Assembly: GCA_024626585.2 (NCBI GenBank)
Contig: JANKJI020000004.1
Span: forward strand, 100,454,358-100,481,122
From: Ginkgo biloba
Lineage: Eukaryota; Plantae; Ginkgophyta
Reading direction: 5' to 3'
Length of the DNA: 26,765 bases
Part shown: one piece after another, positions 13,421-21,849 of the stretch
Layout of the letters: each line of letters opens with the position of its first letter
Numbering within the stretch: the stretch's first letter is position 1
The notes under the pieces: model-generated
What the model saw: the letters and a program-made list of their open reading frames with translations, nothing else
Databases searched by the model: none
What the model was told of the DNA's origin: nothing
Position numbers and translations under genes: made by a program

Positions 13421-16005
13421 NNNNNNNNNNNNNNNNNNNNNNNNNNNTTCAAAAATAAAATAAATAAAAAATATTGAACAAGAAGTTTTAAATATTTATG
13501 TTTGTAATAGATATATGTACACTGATAATAAAGGGGATATCCATCATATGTTACAATAATTTTAAGAGAAAATGTCAAGATGAAAATAATAGTTGTAGAA
13601 ATGACGATTTAAAGCTAATTAATTTTTTATTATTCCCAACAATAATGAAATGCTATAGTAGGAAGTATAAAGAGGAGTCGAAATAATGAAAAAGGGTTCC
13701 ACNNNNNNNNNNNNAGAATCAATTCTATCCTTCCATTCCCATTCCTTGTGTTTCTCCTATTTTTATTTTTTGTTTGTCATATCTCTGTTAATAATCAAAG
13801 TGTATTTGTTCTCATAGATCGTCGATTGGGAGGAAGTAATTCCAACTATTTTCTATTTCTTTGTATATGAATGCCAAATTTTGACCTTGAATTATATGTA
13901 GTCTCCTTCATGGGCTTGTTATCTTTGTAATACCTTTGATTCATGTACATGCTACCTGATAAATTTTCATTCATGAAATCACCTTTATATGAATTTCTCT
14001 TTTCAAATATAATGTGGTGAACATCCATTTGCATCTAATCTTCAAGCACTACTAATAGTTATTTGCAAATGATATATTTTTTTCATTGCATTTTCATTTT
14101 GAATCTTGTTTCACATTTTGAATGAGTGCTTCTATTGAGAATAAGAATCAACTTATTTCTAGATGTTTTTCTATCATAAACTTATGTCAAGCATTATTGA
14201 CATATGACCAATCTAAAATATTAAAATTGTGAGAGAAATTGTATTTGTAATTTTTTTTTAATTCCCTTAGTCAATGTTCATGTTTTTCTCTTATATCAAG
14301 AACTTATCATTATGCAGAATTAATTTATAATTAAGAGTTATTTGGCCACTTTTCTTAACAAGGATGGACTTTTTAGTCTTGTGTTCTAGGTGATGTTGTA
14401 GCGCATTCCTAAAGTGTGTGTATCTTATTAATTAAAATATTATTTTTCTTTACATACTCATCTGGTACTACTATTGAATGTTAAAATTAAACAAATTATG
14501 ACATGCTATTATGCACAAGTAGACTGGTGATACCATTGTTGCAAATGCTAAATAATACATCTAGTTACACTTAAAAGCTAAGAATTACCCAAAGAAATTT
14601 TATTGATTGGTAAGGCCACTATGAGATTGCTTAAGAAGGTGTTTAGAATAGAGGATTTTTTATACTTTTTAATGTGCCGTTCTTTTCTTACATGCTATTG
14701 AACCTGGAATACAGGTGTTTTGTTGTTAGGGATTCATTAGCACTTATGTTAATTGTTATTCCTAATTTTTATCTTCTTTGTCATTATCCCAACACCACCC
14801 TTTTTTCCCTTTATAAAATTATAAAATAATGATATTATTATACTTTAATTTATAAATATTTAGTGTAAATACCACCCCANNNNNNNNNNNNNNNNNNNNN
14901 NNNNNNNNNNNNNNNNNNNNNNNNNNNNNNNNNNNNNNNNNNNNNNNNNNNNNNNNNNNNNNNNNNNNNNNNNNNNNNNACGCCCCACTTACATTTGCAT
15001 TTCAAAATTTAAATTTTCTATTGAAAACCAAGCCTAATTCCAAAGGGGGTTGACTTTGTTAAGTCATATACATCGTTGAGATTACACATCCACCATTCTA
15101 AACCAAGTTAGAGATCCCTTTTTACATTATTGAGTTGATTGTCAATACTACTTCCTTTGTATACCTTCCTTTTTATTTCAAATTAAAGCTGGTATTTTAT
15201 TCACAAAATTCAAAAATTACATGGCACCAATGAGGAAGACCTCCATTATACAAAATTGGCTCCCCGGGCAGTGAAGCTTCACATGGGTTCTGTAATTGCA
15301 AAAAATAGCTTTTGAGTGGCTCTTAGAGGAGAAATTTGGCCATTGAATGGAAGGAGAAAGCACACTGGATAAAAAATAAAAGGCTCGGATACGACCTCAT
15401 GGACCATCTTCCTCTGGTGGTGGCAGATTGAAGTCAGAGATTCATGGCCTGATTACATTCTATGGCTTGAGAAGCACGGCTAATGCCCTACAAATCTGGC
15501 ATAACCTCGTATAGGTTGTCCTCACGATCAGATGCTATTTCTACAACTTTGAATGGTAGAGTAGAATGGCTCCCTTATGCTGGTGATTTGTCTATGAGTA
15601 GATACACTGCGAGGCGTTTTAGATACGTTGTGAGTTACGATGGGGATGAAACTGCTGACTGCTTCGCCTTCCTTATAGGTCTTCCATTACTCTGTGCTTG
15701 TGCTCTCCATATCCCCTGCAGTAACCAAACTGACCGGCGATAGCAATTATTACTTTCTATTATAACAGTTTTAATTCATAGCTTGGTGACTAAGATTGAA
15801 CTGGGCGATTAGAAGGGGCGTAGTCTATCTGGGCGACACAACTCCCATTATTGCACCGTTTCTAGTTGAATGATCTGACGGAATTTTTTTTCGACGATGT
15901 TGCAAAAAAATATATATATATGTTGCAATTCCACCTTTTGACACTCAACTGCATGTTGTCATTCCACTTACCTATCTCTCGTCTACATGTATAATCATTG
16001 CAATG

Positions 16006-16050
16006 TTACAATTACAATTGTATTTATGTTTCAATTACAATTACAATTAA
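16006..16050. repeat. Short (TTACAA)n hexamer repeat
   Basis: TTACAATTACAATTG...TTCAATTACAATTACAATTA. Confidence 0.7.
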
Positions 16051-17058
16051 ATTTTTTATCCACTGCTCCACTATGCATATTCGCGTGAATTTTGAAACTT
16101 TTTCGATGACATGTTTTGGTTGTCAATTTTTACAATGATGGGCTATCTGTTGCCTAGATAGACTGATTCATACATTTACATTATAAAAAAAATGTTGTTG
16201 TACAACAAAAACTTGTGTAGGGCCCATTGCTGACTAGGTTAGACTTCCATTTATTGTGATGTGTCATGTTGGATATGCAAATGCTACTTTATATCGCAAT
16301 GAAGTATATATTTTAAGTGGGACCACGATGACCATCATTGAAACTTCAATTATGTTGTTATGTGGCATTTTTGAAAAGTAGGCCCCACCATAGTGTTGCA
16401 CCATGACACATTTGCCAAGTGGACCTTTCTTTGACTAAGTTTGAAAATTTATTTCTATTGTTATGCATGAGAGGTAGCCATGTTGACATCTTTCATGTGG
16501 GCGCCTCTTAGTTGTGTTGCTAAACAACATAATTATGCCACTTTGGGAAAGATATAACTGCGAATTGCTATTTACCAATTGTGTTAGCCATCGAAAGGTC
16601 ATAGCGAAACCCACCCCGAAACTCCAGCAACGAGAGAAATTCCTCGAATCAAGTTACATGTACCTCCATAACAAAAACGTTTGAACATTCTAAACTTACT
16701 AAACATTCTCATATTCTTCCAAAAACATGAATAATTACATTCCATTACGCGTCAGTTTCATAATATCAAAGTCTTCCAAAAACAGACATATGGTTATTTC
16801 CATTGACATGTAGTATGCCACAAGTCCTAAAATCGTTTCATATTGAAACACAATATACCTCGATACTTAATAACTCAACTTGAAACCAACAAGGACCAGG
16901 CAGGCTTAAGCTTCCATTCTTCGTGATAGAAATAAGATTGAAACGACACCCTCTCTAGAAAATTATCATAGCGAAATTTCTATACAAGGATCCATACTAT
17001 ACATATATTGCAAACAACAAAAAAAAAAAAATTGATAATGAATTAAATCACTTTAACA

Positions 17059-17203
17059 TCACTGTCCACTGAGAAGATAAGACAGGGTTATCTTTCCACA
17101 GTTATCCGTATCAAGTCGATTGAACTGCCTGCAGATTTCCACAACATCTTTCTGCTCAACTTTACCCATCTCCTGCAGCTTGTATATCACATATTCCGAT
17201 TTA
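17059..17203 (-). CDS. TPK: TPK last exon (EF-hand region), not in the ORF track
   Basis: Translates (S)KSEYVIYKLQEMGKVEQKDVVEICRQFNRLDTDNCGKITLSYLLSGQ*, a typical TPK C-terminus. TGA at 17061-17059. Confidence 0.95.
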
Positions 17204-17503
17204 CTGCAACCAAACAGAAGAGGTCATGGAAACTAGAATCGGGAATGGATACCCTACGAACAATCAAGTTTGTGATACGCGTGTAAAAAGATTGACAAAT
17301 GTCATCTAACATTTTCGGACGCAGTTCTGTGCATACGATGTTTTTCGCCCACTTTAAATCCAAAGCCAAATCAATAAACTTAGGATCATGCATGGGACTA
17401 CAATTATAATTTACCTTTCCTAGCAATTATAACATATTTTTTTTGAAAAGCATAAAGAATTTAATAAACAAGCACAGATATAAACACATCAAGGACAAAA
17501 TAC
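17204..17503 (-). other. Phase-2 GT-AG intron of TPK (300 nt)
   Basis: Donor GTCAG|GTATTT and acceptor TTTGGTTGCAG|T. Splicing restores the EF-hand loop DMDNNGFVSKSE. Confidence 0.93.
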
Positions 17504-19046
17504 CTGACAAATCCATTATTGTCCATATCGGCTGCCACTAAATCTCCTACCGTCATATCTTTATGCAGCACCCATTTGGCAATGGCGCGGTGTCTCTTAT
17601 CAATCCTCAATTCTGCCAAATACAGGAATGCACGAGCCACCGCCAGAGTACTCACCAAGAGCCAGATGGAAGCAAACAACCTTCCTATAAATGTTTTGAA
17701 GGCCAAATCTCCATACCCAACCGTCGTCACAGACATTACTGAAAGATACAAGGAATCTACCCATCCCAAACCCTCAACAATATGCATAATGGCCGTTCCA
17801 GCTCCAATGCACACAATCACAACACCCAGGGCTAGTGCAACTTTCATTCTGATCCTCATTCTCCCCTTCTTCACATCAATAAAATAATTCTTTGCAGGAT
17901 TTTGCCTACTGCCCTCCACCGCACTCAGCAATAGATTTTCCTGCTTATCCAGGAAATATGTCATCATTCCTGTGAGTAATATATCAACAAACCCAAAGCC
18001 GACCAGAACAAACATACAAGCAAAAAGCTTTGCTGTGATACTTTTTGCTGCAATATCGCCATAACCGATTGTGCACATCGTCACAATACAGAAATAGAGC
18101 GCATCAACCACAGGATGAGTCCTGTTTCCTGAGAAATCGTCCTGGTTCCAAAAATAAATCGATGTACCCACAGAGAGATAGAGGAGAAGCCCTATAAAAG
18201 CCTGTTTCAAACCGGAATTAAGCTTCGGCCTCTCAAGACTGGGTTTAGTCGGACCCATGCCAGCCATTGCAGGTGCTGTTCTAGCCCGGGGTAAGCTTTT
18301 CCTTCTGGCAGAATTGCCAGCAGGCCCATATATGTGCTCATAATTAGGTTGCAGAGTGGTTGCCTCTGGTATTTCCATTACGAAGGAATTACATGACCGC
18401 GGTGTACCAATTGGATTGTCCACGACAAACGAACTGCAACGCGGTGTGGCAATTGGAGCGTCTGCGACGAAGGAATTTGAGCTCCTTGGGATTATACCCA
18501 TTGAACCGTCCATAACGAAGGAACTGGAGAGCCTTGGGGTACCCACTGGACCATCTATAACAAAGTAATTGGATGGCCTTGGGGTGCCCATTGAACTCTC
18601 CATGATGGTCTCAGTGAGTGCCTTGTCCCACTTGTTTCCTCGGTATTCCATGCCTGCAACGTTATCATTTATGGGCTCTGCTAAAGCGCTTGCAAACCTC
18701 GACAAATCAAGCTTGGGAGGCCGATCGTCGTCTTTGGAGGCTATTTCCGTCCCATCCCAACAGTCAATAGTATCAGCGAAAACCTTATAATTATTCTCCC
18801 TATCAATATCTTTTTTCAATCCAGATTCACAGGGTCGAATCCGTGGCGATGAATTTGTAGAAAAATTAGTCGGCACTTGTGCAGCTTCAGGTTCCCTTTC
18901 TTCCTCTGGTGCAAACCGGCTAGTCCTAGCTGATGTTGTGCTGAAGAAATTAGTATCGGAAGCAGCAGCTCTTTTTGGCGCTGTATATCCCAACCGACTC
19001 TTTGGAGTACCGGTTCTCGTGAACAGGAAGTCCAGTCCAGCTGGGA
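17504..19046 (-). CDS. TPK: Two-pore (tandem-pore) K+ channel, TPK2/3/5 (KCO) group, main exon; frame open up to the N gap
   Basis: Two pore loops (VTMCTIGYGD, VTTVGYGD), four hydrophobic segments, THPVVDALYFC, IDVKKGRMRIRMKVALALGVV, WLLVSTLAVARAFLYLAE, RARTAPAM. Upstream of the listed TTG the frame continues without a stop (PAGLDFLFTRTGTPKSRL) to the gap. The exon ends at donor CAG|GTATTT. Confidence 0.97.
18379..18603 (-). repeat. Coding tandem repeat, 5 units of ~45 nt (14-16 aa), in the TPK N-terminus
   Basis: MESSMGTPRPSNYFV / IDGPVGTPRLSSSFV / MDGSMGIIPRSSNSFV / ADAPIATPRCSSFV / VDNPIGTPRSCNSFV. Recurrent CCAAGG/CCGCG and TCCTTCGT at the DNA level. Confidence 0.92.
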
Positions 19047-19505
19047 NNNNNNNNNNNNNNNNNNNNNNNNNNNNNNNNNNNNNNNNNNNNNNNNNNNNNN
19101 NNNNNNNNNNNNNNNNNNNNNNNNNNNNNNNNNNNNNNNNNNNNNNGAAAAAATATTGAGTCTACCACTCAAATTTTTTTTTTTTTTTTATTCTAATAAA
19201 TATATATCATCAATTACATTATATTATGTCTACATTTATTTATTGATATTTTATGAATAGTAATATATAAAATTTACTAGGCATGGAAAAATTTTCAATC
19301 CTATGTATAAATAGTATTTATTACGAGAAGATAGATGAGCAAAATATTGTTAAGATAAAAACATAGCATTGTAAGTTTGGATTTATTTTATACTAGAGAA
19401 TAATTCTTATCATCATGTTTAAATAAAAAAGATTCAATTATGTGTTGGATAAAATAGAAATTTAGTTTTTCTAATTCATTGTTAAGTTAGTGATAAATAT
19501 AAGAC

Positions 19506-19700
19506 ATTATTGTAGTATTGATCTTCTAATTCTGAATCTGTTGTGCCAAATATGAGCTTCTCTTTTAGAGCTGAGGGAGTTCTTGGGCTCCTGATGGTGA
19601 GATGGAGATTCAGTTGATCATCTTCTGGAAGACTGATTAGCAAATTTTGCCCGATGGGCTGCCGATGTGGGCTCAGATATGGTAGAAGCGCCTCCTCCAT
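19506..19700 (-). CDS. TPK: TPK channel, N-terminal coding segment (3' boundary uncertain)
   Basis: ATG at 19700 in strong context (gccATGG). MEEALLPYLSP...LLISLPEDD...RTPSALKEKLIFG resembles the TPK3-type N-terminus (PLLQY..SP..LLFPLPED...TPSEFKERLIFG). The only GT after IFG and before the in-frame TAA is the weak AAT|GTCTTA at 19505. Confidence 0.8.
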
Positions 19701-19900
19701 GGCTATGATTTGAACGCCCACTCAATCAAAATTGCAAAAGAAAAATCAATTTGGACATGTGAAAAATTTCGAAGGAATATGAAGAAACTCCGAGGGGATC
19801 AATTAATGGATTTTAATAAAGGAAACGAGAAGCCATTGGATTTTGGAGCAGTGTGAAGCGAGATGAATCGAATGAACGTGTGCGTTATATTGAATGATCC
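19701..19900 (-). promoter_or_regulatory. TPK 5' leader/core promoter with two short uORFs
   Basis: Weak TATA-like CAATATAA near 19890 and a pyrimidine-rich leader. uORFs MASRFLY* (19836-19813) and MSKLIFLLQF* (19758-19726). TSS unknown. Confidence 0.4.
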
Positions 19901-20326
19901 TGTGTGTCACCAGGTGTAGCAAATCCGATTCCCTTGCTGAAAATGGAAAATAATTTACTGAAAAGTGACAAAAGAATATGCTTCAGCAAATTCGCCAATG
20001 GAATTAGTCCAAAGCTTCCGTCGATGTATCATGCGCCCAAAGATAGGTTGGTGTTTTCCTTGGAATAGTGTTAACAACTTTTTAATTTTTTTAACAAAGT
20101 GTTATTACATATAAAAATTTGTTTAATCAATTTTGGTAGATTTATTTGAAAATAAATTTTCAAATGTTTTTTGTTATAAAATTCATAATATGCAATTTGC
20201 GCTTACAGTAGATCTTTGTTTTGTTTTGTTGAATCCATTCTCGTACCATATGTTTTTGCCATTTTTTTTTAGTAAAGTTTTGTGCAATTCGGAAGTACAT
20301 CCATAGAGATGTCTTTGTATCTCCTC

Positions 20327-20334
20327 TATATAAA
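20327..20334 (+). promoter_or_regulatory. Canonical TATA box (cTATATAAAt)
   Basis: Followed by a CT-rich tract and an ATG at 20401; divergent from TPK. Confidence 0.45.
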
Positions 20335-20984
20335 TCTCTCTATTTTGTTTAGTTTCTTGGATCTAATATTCACCTTTTCTCTCTTGCCATCTTCATCTTT
20401 ATGCTTGCGGTCTCATTTTCTATTCATATGATGGGGCTTTGTACATTGCTCGCATGCTTATATATGTCCTCATATCAGATATTACAAGCTAAATTGAAAC
20501 CTTCCCCCATTATCAATTTTANNNNNNNNNNNNNNNNNNNNNNNNNNNNNNNNNNNNNNNNNNNNNNNNNNNNNNNNNNNNNNNNNNNNNNNNNNNNNNN
20601 NNNNNNNNNNNNNNNNNNNNNTGAATGAGTGAATGCGTACATCATAATACTTATTTCAAAAATATCCTTCAACCCCCTATAAATCCTAGCACCATATCAT
20701 ATAAAATTAGCTTTGATAATCTCTTTATTCCCTGGTCATATTATGACTACATATGAACATGTTTTAACATCAAAGAAATCGGATTTCAAACAAAATTTAG
20801 AAATGATTAAATTTATTTACATTAAGGTTTACTTAATTTTCTTAAAAAAATTGTGTGAAGTTGGCATCTCTATCTCTGCATTTTTCTTTCCCCATCGAAT
20901 GCCATCATGCCGAATGATCACATCTCTTGTGCACATTGTGTTCATCTCCAATGTCGCGGCCTGCATGGATCCATCTCCTCCAAC

Positions 20985-21849
20985 ATCCAATAGTTTCAAC
21001 AAGAATCTAAATAAATTGGTGTTTGACATATCAGGCATACTTTCTAGCTTCAATAATCTTTTCAATATTGCTCGAACTAGATATTATATCCTTGAAAATA
21101 GAAAATATACTTTTCCAACATTTAGTTGTACAAAGACGAAGGGGATCATAATAGAGAAGGAATAAAATGTCTAAAACTAAGTTCTCTTCAATCAAAGTCT
21201 CCTCATCCCACAAATATTTAAATTGAATGTACAGACTTGGGGGTCGGTCAGCTAAAAGTAAGTTCTTTAGAACTACTAGGGCCTTTTCTTCTAAACCATC
21301 ATTCAACAACTGTTTTGCTTCCTCTCTTAGGGTTTTGAATTATGGTAAAGCATCTTCCAACTTGTACATTAAGATTTGTCGCGTGCACTTTAGTAAGCAT
21401 TGTCGCTCCAAAAAATATCACATTGCAACCGTTTGTTCAACTGATTGGATTCCATTCATTAGAAAACAAGTCTCTTGTTCAAGAGTCCTGCTCACAAAGA
21501 TATACATCTACACTTCATCTAATGCCAGATGTGAACTAAGTTGTAGAGTTATGTCCCTCCACTCAGGTTTAATCTCTAGCTTATGGTTCCCAAATATTAC
21601 GGAAGGACAGTTGACAACTAAACTTGAATTTGGGTTAGGAAGCTTGAAAAATGCCAATATATTGAGAAAATAACCATGGTGACTATTCATCTTCTACAAT
21701 AGAGATTTAGCATCAACATTATGGATACCATCATTGGGTTGTATATTTTCTAGCTCAGTGAGGAGGGAAATGAAAGAATCCCACTAAAGAGACTCGTCCA
21801 CATACTTCTAACCAGCTGCTTGTTTAATTGTTGTAGCAACGCTCGCCAT
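20985..21849 (-). pseudogene. NUP188: Nucleoporin NUP188 5' fragment, probable processed pseudogene
   Basis: One frame from ATG 21849: VDESL*WDSFISLLTELEN...HKLEIKP...LSSHLALDEV*MYIFV...YFLERQCLLKCTRQIL...LREEAKQLLNDGLE...LWDEETLIEENLVLDILFLLYY...ILVET. This matches the plant NUP188 N-terminus as recalled (LWWDPF, LDEIQSYILV, RQCLLKC, LWAEETLIEDNLILDILFL). Eight in-frame stops; no frameshift or intron seen. Confidence 0.88.

Noticed and set aside
13724-13745. TCTATCCTTCCATTCCCATTCC resembling miR482
   Set aside because: At least five mismatches, low complexity and no convincing hairpin partner.
935-14034. Many 60-145-aa ORFs, several spanning N gaps
   Set aside because: Chance ORFs in AT-rich TE relics or microsatellite, or gap artefacts.
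15370-15750. Possible Pol III RNA (telomerase RNA or RNase MRP) ending in a T-run
   Set aside because: No TCCCACATCG-type USE, no CTAAACCCT template and no MRP P4 motifs.
17461-17503. ORF-track C-terminus RYFVLDVFISVLVY, and the TTG start at 18993
   Set aside because: The tail is intron read-through. The frame is open upstream of 18993 and the true start is probably 19700.
18379-18603. CRISPR-like periodicity
   Set aside because: In-frame coding repeat in a eukaryotic gene; no repeat-spacer structure and no cas genes.
17519-19159. Plus-strand ORFs overlapping TPK
   Set aside because: Antisense shadows of the real CDS with no independent motifs.
20713-21673. 150-aa and 148-aa plus-strand ORFs
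   Set aside because: Antisense to the NUP188 pseudogene; no recognisable homology.
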